Shown one piece after another: positions 16,223 to 25,624 of a DNA stretch of 64,000 bases; the stretch's first letter is position 1; every line of letters begins with the position of its first letter. The translations under genes were made by a program, and so were the position numbers. The DNA comes from Candidatus Marinacidobacterales bacterium (GTDB lineage Bacteria > Acidobacteriota > Vicinamibacteria > Marinacidobacterales > SMYC01). The DNA lies in the NCBI GenBank assembly GCA_965237955.1, contig OZ250169.1, positions 1,632,001-1,696,000 on the forward strand, given 5' to 3'. The notes under the pieces are model-generated. The model worked only from the letters and a program-made list of their open reading frames with translations. It had not been told where the DNA came from and ran no database searches.

Positions 16223-18064
16223 TTAGAGCCCCGGGTAGGGGGCGGGCTCGATATGGACGAACGCGCCGACGTAGCGCCGATCACGTTGGGCGCGGCTTTC
16301 GAGCAGCGGAACGGCACCCAGCTCGGTCTCGATGGAAACGAGATAGCAAAAGCTTCGGTGCCCGAAGTCTTCATACGGAAATGGTTTCCCCGCGGGTAGC
16401 TCGAGGATTACCTTCGTACCGGGAGCCATCGGGCGCGTCTCGCATCCGCCCGGGACACAAACTCGCACCCGATTGGGTCGTCCCGCCACGTTGGTGACCC
16501 GCACCACGAGCTCGGTCAACTCGACGTTCGTGCGGACGACCATTTCCGCGGTCGTCCCCCCTTTGACGTGGAAGCCGAGACCGCCTGGGCTTCGGCGCTC
16601 GCGACCCCATGTGTTGTTGTCGAGAAAGTAGCCGAGAAAACCGTCGTCGAACCGCTGGCGGAACTTCCGCGGGTCACTGTTGGTCGGCAGGTGGTTGATC
16701 GCCGATAGCTCGGGAGGCAGCCACTTGAAGACGCCGACGGTGGCATGCTCGCCGGGGCGGCGCCCGGCTTCGAACGGTCCGATCAGGATCGACACCACGA
16801 AGACCGACGCCACGCCCCAAGACGCTAGAATCGGCACCAGTGGCCGGGTGATGTTCGCGACGAGAAAGAAATAGAGTGGGAACAAATTCGTAAAGTAGCG
16901 ATTGCCGAGCGTTCCCGCCCCGCCAAAATAGTTCGTCGGACTCCATACGACGAGAAGCATGCCGCCCAACGTCGCGATACCGAGAACGAGCCACTGGTAG
17001 AGCCGTTTGTCCCGCGAGAACAGAAACAGGAACAACGCCGCGGCCGCGGGAAAGAAGTAGATCGTCACGCCGGAAAAACGTCCGACGTGGAAGAAAACCA
17101 CATCGTGTGCGACGATGTCCCAGGGCTGGTGGGTGTAGATGACATCGGTCCTCATGTCGAGACCGGTGTTCTCGAAGTTCAAGTGCGGTAGCTGATAGGG
17201 ATAGGTGCCGCCGAAAGTCTTGCGCTCGCCTCCCTGGTAGTTCATGTCGCCTGTGATCAGCAGATTCGCGATGAATAGACCCCCGAGGAACAAAGCGAAC
17301 ACGGCGCCGACTCTGAGTCCGCGAAGCCACTGGCGGCGCCACGCGAGCAGGACGAGGAACGGAATGATCAAGAAGAGGTTGTTCGGCTTCGAGTAGGTGA
17401 CCGCCCCCCAAATCGCCGCCGCGATGAGATCGGATGTGAGCCCTCGCAAGACGAAGGGAGGATCGTCCGCCTGTTCTTTGTAGAGCCAGAAAAACGCTCC
17501 CAGGAACACCAGGCACAAATTGAAGAGCTCGGGTGTGACCCAGACGAAGTACGCAGGTGCGACCGATGCGAAGAAGAATGTTCCCGTGAACGCCAGGGCG
17601 ATGAAGCGCGAGTTCGAAGCAGCGAGAAAAAAATAACCCGCCAACAAGACTGCGGTGAACAACACGGCGTGCATCAACAGCAAGCCGTTCGTTCCGAACA
17701 CACGCACGAACGGGGCCGCGACGAGCGAATACAGAAACGCCTTCGCGAAATAGATGTCGTCCGTCAGCGGGCCTTGGCTGACGAGAAAGGGAACTTCCGT
17801 CGTCAGGGTCAAGTCGAGCTCGCGGCCTTTCTTGAGGAAGATGCCGGACGGGCCGTTTCTGAACTCGCGGAAAACGCGCTCGACGTCTTCCCGCGCGAAG
17901 AGGAGATCGCCATCGAACGCGAGGCTGTGCGCCATCGTGTAGTACGTCGCGCCGTCGCTCCAGAAACTTCCAGCCGCGCGCGGGTAGTCGACGGAGAGCG
18001 AGAACCCCGTCAAGACAAGACCGACGGCCGCAATGGCGGCAAGCTGGCCCCGATGCTCACTCAT
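16223..18064 (-). CDS. Polytopic membrane protein, probable GT-C fold glycosyltransferase
   Basis: SDGATYY after first TM, many TM helices, GNRYF motif, soluble C-terminal domain. Confidence 0.55.
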   Translation of the reverse strand: MSEHRGQLAAIAAVGLVLTGFSLSVDYPRAAGSFWSDGATYYTMAHSLAFDGDLLFAREDVERVFREFRNGPSGIFLKKGRELDLTLTTEVPFLVSQGPLTDDIYFAKAFLYSLVAAPFVRVFGTNGLLLMHAVLFTAVLLAGYFFLAASNSRFIALAFTGTFFFASVAPAYFVWVTPELFNLCLVFLGAFFWLYKEQADDPPFVLRGLTSDLIAAAIWGAVTYSKPNNLFLIIPFLVLLAWRRQWLRGLRVGAVFALFLGGLFIANLLITGDMNYQGGERKTFGGTYPYQLPHLNFENTGLDMRTDVIYTHQPWDIVAHDVVFFHVGRFSGVTIYFFPAAAALFLFLFSRDKRLYQWLVLGIATLGGMLLVVWSPTNYFGGAGTLGNRYFTNLFPLYFFLVANITRPLVPILASWGVASVFVVSILIGPFEAGRRPGEHATVGVFKWLPPELSAINHLPTNSDPRKFRQRFDDGFLGYFLDNNTWGRERRSPGGLGFHVKGGTTAEMVVRTNVELTELVVRVTNVAGRPNRVRVCVPGGCETRPMAPGTKVILELPAGKPFPYEDFGHRSFCYLVSIETELGAVPLLESRAQRDRRYVGAFVHIEPAPYPGL

Positions 18065-18079
18065 GCTGGGAACATTCTA

Positions 18080-18110
18080 GCTGATGGCTGACGGCCGATG
18101 GCCGATGGCG
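18080..18110. repeat. 7-mer repeat tract (GCTGATG/GCCGATG)
   Basis: GCTGATGGCTGACGGCCGATGGCCGATGGCG; same family as 46530-46710. Confidence 0.6.
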
Positions 18111-18119
18111 GGTCCGGTC

Positions 18120-19100
18120 TCAAACTGGCGTGAACAACGAGAGAGCAAACCAATCCTTCTCGTCCGTGAACGTTTCTCGAACGCGAAAGCCTGCGCTGGC
18201 CGCCAAACCCTCGATCGATGCCAGGGTGTACTTGTAGCAGCTCTCGGTGTGGATCGTTTCCTGGTTGGCGAACGAAAAGCTCCGCTGGCAGGCCGCGACC
18301 GCTACCTCTTGTCGGCCGTTTGAGCGCAGGTGCATCTCGATGCGACCAGCCGGCACGTTGTAGAACGCCTCGTGCGCAAAGCGTTTGCGGTCGAACTTGC
18401 CTTCGAGCTCGGTATTGATTCGGGTCAGGATGTTGAAGTTGAATCGTTCGGTCACCCCGGCTGCGTCGTTGTACGCGGCGTTCAAGATCGCGACGTCTTT
18501 TTGAAGGTCGAAGCCGATGAGAAACGCGTCTTTCGGTTCTAGGTGCTCGCGAAGGCCCTTCAAGAATTGCACCGACTCGTCGTGCTCCATGTTCCCGATA
18601 CTCGAGCCGAGAAACAAGACCAGCATTCGGTCTGGAACCTGATCGTCCGCGGCCACGAGCGTGCTCGCCCGTTTCAATCCCGCTTCGTACGGAGACGCAA
18701 TCGGCGTGACGTCGAGCGCGGGATATCGTGCGTCGAGGCGATCCGCCGTCTGGCGGAGCATCGACTTCGAGATATCGATGGGGAGATAGTGAAGCTCTTC
18801 GCTGGTTTCGAGGAAACTCTCGAGCAGGATTGCCGTTTTGGCCGAGCTGCCACTGCCGAGCTCGACGACGCTGACGCCCTTCCCCACGAGGTTACTGAGA
18901 GCGGGAGCGCACTGGCGCAAGAGCCCGGCCTCGGTGCGCGTCAGGTAGTACTCCGGCTGGCGGGTAATCTCTTCGAAAAGCTCCGACCCCGTTGCATCAT
19001 AGAAGTATTTGGGCTTTAACGACTTCGGCGTACTTCCCAGCCCAACCACGACGTCTTGGGCAAACGCTTCCCGGTGGCTATCCGGAAAAGTCAGGGGCAT
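18120..19100 (-). CDS. egtD: L-histidine N-alpha-methyltransferase (EgtD family)
   Basis: PKYFYD, PEYYLTRTE, ELGSGSSAKT, FLGSSIGN, AYNDAAGVT, RIEMHL, IHTE. Confidence 0.9.
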   Translation of the reverse strand: MPLTFPDSHREAFAQDVVVGLGSTPKSLKPKYFYDATGSELFEEITRQPEYYLTRTEAGLLRQCAPALSNLVGKGVSVVELGSGSSAKTAILLESFLETSEELHYLPIDISKSMLRQTADRLDARYPALDVTPIASPYEAGLKRASTLVAADDQVPDRMLVLFLGSSIGNMEHDESVQFLKGLREHLEPKDAFLIGFDLQKDVAILNAAYNDAAGVTERFNFNILTRINTELEGKFDRKRFAHEAFYNVPAGRIEMHLRSNGRQEVAVAACQRSFSFANQETIHTESCYKYTLASIEGLAASAGFRVRETFTDEKDWFALSLFTPV

Positions 19101-19165
19101 CTTGGGATTATATGCCACGCGGATCTTGAATCCATATCTCCCCGTTGCTAAACTTCGCCGCGAGT

Positions 19166-19939
19166 ATGGGCATTGCACACACTTTGGACGACGTCCGCTC
19201 GTATTGGAACGAGTACGTCAACGACATCGAAGTGACCGAGTTCCCGGTAGGCTCTCCCGAGTTCTTCGAGTCGCTAGAGAAGTACCGCTACGACAAGATC
19301 GAGTATCTGCGCGACTACGTCGGCTTCGAGCAGTACCAAGGAAAGAGAGTTCTCGAGATCGGTTGCGGCGTGGGGCACGATCTCATGCAGTTCGCGCGCG
19401 CGGGCGCGGACGTTTCCGCGCGCGATCTCACCGACAACGCCGTGAAGCTCGCGATCGCGAACCTTGCGCGTGAAGGCTACACCGGCGACATCCAGCAGGG
19501 AAACGCCGAGGCCCTCGATATTCCCGACGATACTTTCGATGTGGTGTACTCGCACGGCGTGTTGCACCACACGGTCGACACCGAGAAGGCCATTGCCGAA
19601 GTGCGTCGGGTCTTGAAGCCGGGTGGTGAGGCTATCATCATGCTCTACAACCGCAACTCGTGGCTCTCGTTCGCCGCATGGGTTTCCGGCACCAACATCG
19701 AGCACGCCGAAAAAGACGCACCCATCATCCGTAAATACTCCACCCGCGAATGTCGTAAGCTCTTTCGGGACTTCGAGAACGTTCGCATCCGCGTCGACCG
19801 CTTTCCCAAACGGACGCTCAAGTTCGACAACTTGTTCGGCAAGCTCAACAACTACCTGCTCGTTCCGTTTTTCGAGATCCTTCCGGATGCCATACGCCGA
19901 CCCCTCGGCTGGCACATCATGATCCGGGCGAACAAGTAG
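19166..19939 (+). CDS. Class I SAM-dependent methyltransferase
   Basis: VLEIGCGVG, FDVVYSHGVLHH, RVLKPGG. Confidence 0.9.
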   Translation: MGIAHTLDDVRSYWNEYVNDIEVTEFPVGSPEFFESLEKYRYDKIEYLRDYVGFEQYQGKRVLEIGCGVGHDLMQFARAGADVSARDLTDNAVKLAIANLAREGYTGDIQQGNAEALDIPDDTFDVVYSHGVLHHTVDTEKAIAEVRRVLKPGGEAIIMLYNRNSWLSFAAWVSGTNIEHAEKDAPIIRKYSTRECRKLFRDFENVRIRVDRFPKRTLKFDNLFGKLNNYLLVPFFEILPDAIRRPLGWHIMIRANK

Positions 19940-20001
19940 GCCATCCGACGCAGCAAAACGCGCTCATCGTCCTCGCGCTGATCGCGTTCTCGCTCCCAGG
20001 T

Positions 20002-21807
20002 GTGCCACTCGCCCGGAGATGGTTCCGCGGATATGAAGCCTGGCTCGTCGGTCTCGCTCTAGGTTTTCTGGGGAGCTCGGTCGCCGCGAGCGTGCTCTAT
20101 CGTTTCGAGCTCGCGAGCCCGGCGTCGGTTCTCGTCGCTTCCGCGTTGCTTTCCGTGCTCGCAATCGCTTTCCAGGGGGATCGACGGGGGGGCGACACCG
20201 GGTTGGCCTGGGTCGTTCCCATGTGGCCCATGTGGGCCACGTTGGCTTTTGCAGCGCTGATCGTGGCCGTGCCGTTCTCGAGGGTCGGCGTGTCCATCGC
20301 CGACGGTGTGGCTTATCGAGCCTACTTCAGTGCCGATCTGATGACGCATCTCTCGGTCGTCGCGGAGCTACAGAAGGGCGAGTTTCCGTTCACGAATCCG
20401 TTCTACGTGGGCGCCGGCCTCGGCTACTACTGGCTGTTTTTTGTCTTTCCCGCGACCTTCGGTTTTCTCGTAACGAATCAGGGTGCACTCCTGGTCGTTT
20501 ATGTCGCAAGCGGTTTCTTGTTCTCCGGTCTCTTGTTTGCCACGGCGCGTCGGCTCGAGCTTTCGCCGCCCCGTGCATGTGTCGCCGCGATCATCGTGAT
20601 CGGAGCTGTCGGCTATGAAGGCGTCATCGCTCTCGTCCGGGCTCTCGTTCGGGTGGAGCCGTGGACCGACGTCAACGTCGACGCGTTGTCGCGCTGGGTG
20701 TTCGAGCTCATCTCTCTCGACGGCCTCCATCGCTCGCTGCTGTACTCGCCCCAACATCTATTTAGTTACAGCTTGCTCCTTACGTTGATCCTGCTCCTGG
20801 TTCGCGGCGAGCCGAAAGACGTTCCCGGGGCCCTGCTTTTCGGCGTGCTCCTCGGCGGAATGGCGGGAACGAGCATCGTGTCGGCCATGCTTGCGGGACC
20901 GTGGCTCGTGCTCGTTTTGTGGCGCCGCCGCGCCGAGCTCCCGTTCTTGACGACAGCGTTCGTCGCGACCGCGACGTCGCTTGTGTTCCTCGCGTGGTAC
21001 GTCGTGCTCGGTTTCTTCAGCGACGCGGGCGCGGCGTTGACGGTGCGCATGCCGCGCGCTCTCGAGCTCCCGTCGATCCTGATGATCGACGCCGGCGCGT
21101 TGTCCGTGCTCGCTCTTTTGAGGTGGCGCCGTCGTCGGCCATTCGATGTCGAGCTCGTCATGCTCGCGGCGCTCGCGCTCGTCGCGGTTCTCTTTTTCGA
21201 TCTTCGAGGCTACGAGGGTGTGTGGATGGCGTGGCGCGCGGGAAGCGTCTTGCTCGTAGCGTTGGGTCTCGTGGCCATCCGAGACCTGCGCTGGATGCAT
21301 GCCGCGATCGTCGGGCCAGCGATTCTCACGATCGCGCTCGATGTTCATAACGCATCCGACGTGACCAACCGGCGTCCCTCGCCCGGCGGTTTCCCGTGGA
21401 CGACAGTGGTGAGCGCGGACGAGCACGACGCTCTCACCTGGATCCGTGACCAGACGCCTATTGATGCCATCGTGCAATGGGACGTGCGTGCGCGCGAGCT
21501 CGGTGAGTGGGCACTCGTGCCAGCGCTCGGCGAAAGGCGTATGGCGGTGGGCTTTCCGATCTTTCTGCTCGACCTCCAGAAGTATCGCGTACGTGAGAGA
21601 AGGCACGTTCGACCGATTTTCAACTCGGGAGACATCATCGAGGCGCATCGTTTGGCACGTGAGCTCGGTATCGACTATCTCGTAATAGGTGCTCAGGAGC
21701 TCCGTGTCCGTGGCGAGCGTGTGCGGCCTCTATTCGAAGCCGAAGACCGGTTCCGCGTCGTCTTCGAAAGCGGTCGAACGACGGTTTTGGAAGTGCTCGC
21801 GCCTTGA
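20002..21807 (+). CDS. Polytopic membrane protein, probable GT-C fold glycosyltransferase
   Basis: Many TM helices, DLMTH...GYYW loop, C-terminal soluble domain; frame stays open upstream of 20002 so start is uncertain. Confidence 0.5.
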   Translation: MPLARRWFRGYEAWLVGLALGFLGSSVAASVLYRFELASPASVLVASALLSVLAIAFQGDRRGGDTGLAWVVPMWPMWATLAFAALIVAVPFSRVGVSIADGVAYRAYFSADLMTHLSVVAELQKGEFPFTNPFYVGAGLGYYWLFFVFPATFGFLVTNQGALLVVYVASGFLFSGLLFATARRLELSPPRACVAAIIVIGAVGYEGVIALVRALVRVEPWTDVNVDALSRWVFELISLDGLHRSLLYSPQHLFSYSLLLTLILLLVRGEPKDVPGALLFGVLLGGMAGTSIVSAMLAGPWLVLVLWRRRAELPFLTTAFVATATSLVFLAWYVVLGFFSDAGAALTVRMPRALELPSILMIDAGALSVLALLRWRRRRPFDVELVMLAALALVAVLFFDLRGYEGVWMAWRAGSVLLVALGLVAIRDLRWMHAAIVGPAILTIALDVHNASDVTNRRPSPGGFPWTTVVSADEHDALTWIRDQTPIDAIVQWDVRARELGEWALVPALGERRMAVGFPIFLLDLQKYRVRERRHVRPIFNSGDIIEAHRLARELGIDYLVIGAQELRVRGERVRPLFEAEDRFRVVFESGRTTVLEVLAP

Positions 21808-21895
21808 ACGTATACTTGCCGAACGCGCGGTTGCAGCTGACGAGGCGGCGTGCGCCGGGACTTACGCCTCGCAGCTGAACCTCGCGGTTTGAACT

Positions 21896-23254
21896 ATGAC
21901 CCACGACCTTGATTTTCTCGTCGTTGGCGCGGGCGTCGCCGGCCTGAGCTTCGCCCACTGGGTATTGGGGGAAGGTCGCAGTGCCGTCATCGTCGAGCGG
22001 AACGATCACGTCGGTGGGCTCGCGCGCTCGTATCGCTACGGCGACTTCTGGTTCGACGTCGGTCCGAAGCGCTTCCACACCGAGGATCAGGAGGTGCTCG
22101 ACTTCCTGCACTCCGTTCTCGATGGCGACCACATTGTCGTGGGTCGCTCGAGCGCGGTGCATCTTTTCGGTAGATACTTCCCGTGGCCGCTCGATCATCG
22201 GGCGCTCTACCGGCTTCCGCTCAAGGTCATGGTGTCCGCGGGATTCGATCTCCTGCGCCGCTCCGCACCGCAAGACGAAAACTCGTTCACCGAGTACACC
22301 CGCTCCCGTTACGGCGATACGTTGTACCGGCTCTTCTTCAAGCCGTACACCGAGAAGTTTCTCCAGATTCCATGCGAGGACGTCCACGTCGACTGGGCGA
22401 AAACGGGCATCAACCGCGCCGTCATCGACAAACGAGTGAAGAGCGAGACCTTGTTCGATCTCGTTCGCTCCGTTTTGCTACCGACTCCGGTCGATACGAA
22501 ATTTCTCTATCCGAGCTACGGCGGCTTCGGGACGTTTTCCGAGAAGCTCGCGAGCCAAGTGCGCGAGCGGGGCGGCGAGATTCTTCTCGAGAACACCGTG
22601 CGCGCCATCGACACCGATGGCGGGAAGGTGGTCTCGGTCGAGCTCGCCGATGGACGACGGCTGCGCCCGGGACATCTCGTATGGAGCGGAAACTTGAAGG
22701 CACTCGCTCGTCTTGTCGGGCAAAAACCACCGCCGCTTCGTTACTTGAGCACTGTCCTCTACAACATGGAAATCGACAGCGACGTGTTGCAACAGGAGCA
22801 ATGGATCTACTTCGGCGGACAGGACACCGTGCTCTCGCGGGTCTCCATCACCAACGAAATGGCCGACTACATGGCGCCAAAAGGCAAGTCGGGCCTCTGC
22901 GTGGAAGTCACCGGCTTCGAGGGTAAAGGTCACTGGGAGAATCCCGACGCACTCATCCCCGAGATCCAGTCCGACTTGGTACGGTTGAAGCTCGTGCGTT
23001 CCGCATCCGACTTCGCTTCCGTCCACGTCGAACGGGTTCGTGACACCTATCCCATCTACGATCTCGACTACAAGAGCAGTTTTGCCAAGGCGTCAGGGAT
23101 GGTGAAGCCGTTCGAGAATCTGAAGCTCCTCGGACGCACCGGAGCTTACTGGTACAACAACTCCGACCATTCGATGAAGATGGCACTCAACATGGCGCGA
23201 CACTTGTTGAAAGGAACGCCCATGGAAGCGAAAGAAGCTCTCTTCCGAGTTTAA
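21896..23254 (+). CDS. FAD-dependent oxidoreductase (HemY-like / UDP-galactopyranose mutase-like)
   Basis: GAGVAGL, GGLARS, FDVGPKRF, YPIY, GRTGAYWYNNSDH. Confidence 0.75.
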   Translation: MTHDLDFLVVGAGVAGLSFAHWVLGEGRSAVIVERNDHVGGLARSYRYGDFWFDVGPKRFHTEDQEVLDFLHSVLDGDHIVVGRSSAVHLFGRYFPWPLDHRALYRLPLKVMVSAGFDLLRRSAPQDENSFTEYTRSRYGDTLYRLFFKPYTEKFLQIPCEDVHVDWAKTGINRAVIDKRVKSETLFDLVRSVLLPTPVDTKFLYPSYGGFGTFSEKLASQVRERGGEILLENTVRAIDTDGGKVVSVELADGRRLRPGHLVWSGNLKALARLVGQKPPPLRYLSTVLYNMEIDSDVLQQEQWIYFGGQDTVLSRVSITNEMADYMAPKGKSGLCVEVTGFEGKGHWENPDALIPEIQSDLVRLKLVRSASDFASVHVERVRDTYPIYDLDYKSSFAKASGMVKPFENLKLLGRTGAYWYNNSDHSMKMALNMARHLLKGTPMEAKEALFRV

Positions 23255-23270
23255 GAGGGCAGCGTGCAGC

Positions 23271-25526
23271 GTGATGCTGGTCCTCTCGTCTCTCGTCGCG
23301 CTCTTCCTGGTGCAGTTTCTACCGGGGCTTCTCGTGGTCAAGCTCCTCGACATTGGCCGCGATCGAGAAGAACGCTTCGTCATGGCGGCGGTCCTCGCCG
23401 GGCCCGTCGCGGCACTCATCTACCTGGTCGTCCTCCTCTCGGATTGGCCCCCTCTCTATTGGATTTTGCTCGTCAATCTCGCGGTCGTCGCAGTCGTGGT
23501 GCCGTTCCGATCCCCGCAACCGTTTCGGTGGCCACGCTCGACGATGCTCACGCTCGGGTTGATTCTCTTCGCCGCGTGCGTCCCCTATCTGCTGACGACC
23601 GGAACTACGTATCTTCCCGATGCGGAAGGCAACCTCGTCCTCGATCGCGCGCTCCAGCGAGACGTGTTGTTCCACCTCGGGATCATCCGCTCTCTCGAGC
23701 ATGACTACCCTCCGGCGCTTCTGTCGATGTCGGGAATCCCGGTCGGCTACCACGTGGGCTACCACTTGCAGCTCGCCGCATGGGCGCGCTTTTTCGAGAT
23801 CGACGCCATGGACTCCCTGGTGCGCGTCGGCACCTTGTGGCAGTTGATGCTCCTCGTCGCGAGCGCGTTCGTGTTGGCGCGGAGGTTTAGCGAGAACAAC
23901 ACCGCTCGTCTTTTGTCGCCGATCTTGACCCTGTGCGCTGGCTTCGGCTACCTGTTCTTTTTGCGGCCGACGGTGGACTGGTGGAGCCTCGTGTTCATGG
24001 ACGTGACCCTGGTCTCGGTCTTTCTCGCGAACCCGCTTCTGCCGGCGCTTCCGGTCTTGTTCACAGGCCTCGCGCTCTTCGACGACTACACGCGCGCGCA
24101 AGGGCGAGGTGCCCTCGTCGGGAGTATCGTGTGTTTAGTCTTCATCCTCGTCGTAAAGATGTTTCTCGGCGCACAGCTTCTCGCGGCGATGGGCCTTGCT
24201 GCGGTTTTGAGTTGGGGCAACCGGAAGTTCTCGACGGCGGTCCTGGCGACTTCGATGGCGTCCTTGCCTTTCTTGGCGCATACGTTCCTCGCTGCCGAAG
24301 GCTCCAACACCAGCGTCGGCCTCAGGCCCCTCGAGCTCGTGCGCTACTCGATGGAAAAGCTAGATTGGGCGGCGGCGATCGAAGCGGTCGCGGCCGTAGG
24401 TCGATTCGACGCGCCGTCGTTCGCTTGGGTCCTCGCCTTCGCGGCGACGCTTTTTTGGATCGCCGGCTTTCTCGGTCTCCGTCTCCTCGGTCTCCGCGCG
24501 TGGGCGCGCGATCTTTGGTCGAGCGCAACGCCCCTTCGCCGCACGATGGCGTGGTTCGTCGCCATCGGATTTCTGGCGGCTCTCGTGTTTCGCATCGCGC
24601 CCGCCGAATCGCAGGCACTGTCCCGGCTCGAAGCACAAAACGATGTCGTCTGGTTCGTGGCGGCGAGCGGGATTCTTCTTTGGTTCTGGGTCGCCGAGGT
24701 CGTGCGCGGGCGCGCAGCTCTCGTTGCCGTGCTCGTGTTTGCGCTACCGTCGACGGTGCAACATTTCGTCTACGCTGCCTCGCTCGAGCCGGACCGCATC
24801 GGGATCGCTCGCGTGCTCGCGGCAAGAGCGGCCGCAGCGCTGTCCGAGCCCGACGCCATTTGGCTAGATCCTCTCGATCGTTCCCGTCCGTCGTTGCTGC
24901 CGTATCTAGCCGGCCGCGCCGTGGTCTACGACCCCTACGTGGGTTACGACTACATGTTCGTTGGCCGCGACGAGATCGATTTCCGACGCGCCGCGCTCGC
25001 GCAGTTCTGGTCGAGCGGGGACCTCGCCTACCGCGCTTGGGTCCTCGATCACTTCGATGTCGACTTCGTCTGGCAGCAAGGTGGCGACGTCGGCCCCATC
25101 CCCGGGCTCGAGGGAATCTACTCGGGTGATTCCGTCTTGCTCTTGCGCGTTCACGGCACGGCGCTCGTGCGCGCGGCCCTTCCGGGGATCATGACTCCGA
25201 CGTCGATTCCCCTCGGAGCCCGCGGCTCCCCGTATCTAGGAACCGGGTTCGTGCGCGTCGGCCGCGTGCGCAACCTGAAACCCGGAAGCTCGCGTATCTA
25301 TGTGCCGCGTGCGGCAGGCAGGAGGTTAGGGATTTCGTTTCTTGCGCAGTCGCATCATGGCGGAGGTGAGCTCGTCGTCGACGGAGAGCGAGTCGATGTT
25401 GGCCGAGGCCAAATGCGAATTCGTGTCGAGCTTAGCGCGCGCGACACGTCGGGTCTTCACGCGGTCGACGTCGAGTGGTTGGGTGAGCGACCGCTCGAGA
25501 TTCTCGAGATCCGTTTCGACCCGTAG
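23271..25526 (+). CDS. Polytopic membrane protein, probable GT-C fold glycosyltransferase
   Basis: Many TM helices, DVLFH...GYHVGYH loop similar in layout to 20002-21807. Confidence 0.5.
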   Translation: MMLVLSSLVALFLVQFLPGLLVVKLLDIGRDREERFVMAAVLAGPVAALIYLVVLLSDWPPLYWILLVNLAVVAVVVPFRSPQPFRWPRSTMLTLGLILFAACVPYLLTTGTTYLPDAEGNLVLDRALQRDVLFHLGIIRSLEHDYPPALLSMSGIPVGYHVGYHLQLAAWARFFEIDAMDSLVRVGTLWQLMLLVASAFVLARRFSENNTARLLSPILTLCAGFGYLFFLRPTVDWWSLVFMDVTLVSVFLANPLLPALPVLFTGLALFDDYTRAQGRGALVGSIVCLVFILVVKMFLGAQLLAAMGLAAVLSWGNRKFSTAVLATSMASLPFLAHTFLAAEGSNTSVGLRPLELVRYSMEKLDWAAAIEAVAAVGRFDAPSFAWVLAFAATLFWIAGFLGLRLLGLRAWARDLWSSATPLRRTMAWFVAIGFLAALVFRIAPAESQALSRLEAQNDVVWFVAASGILLWFWVAEVVRGRAALVAVLVFALPSTVQHFVYAASLEPDRIGIARVLAARAAAALSEPDAIWLDPLDRSRPSLLPYLAGRAVVYDPYVGYDYMFVGRDEIDFRRAALAQFWSSGDLAYRAWVLDHFDVDFVWQQGGDVGPIPGLEGIYSGDSVLLLRVHGTALVRAALPGIMTPTSIPLGARGSPYLGTGFVRVGRVRNLKPGSSRIYVPRAAGRRLGISFLAQSHHGGGELVVDGERVDVGRGQMRIRVELSARDTSGLHAVDVEWLGERPLEILEIRFDP

Positions 25527-25624
25527 GTTTACGCCAGGCGGCGACGCTGCTCTACCCTCAAGTGCTTGACCTCGGTAAGGATCTACCCGATAGTTGTCTT
25601 GAAGCGAAGCAAAAAATGTTTAGG

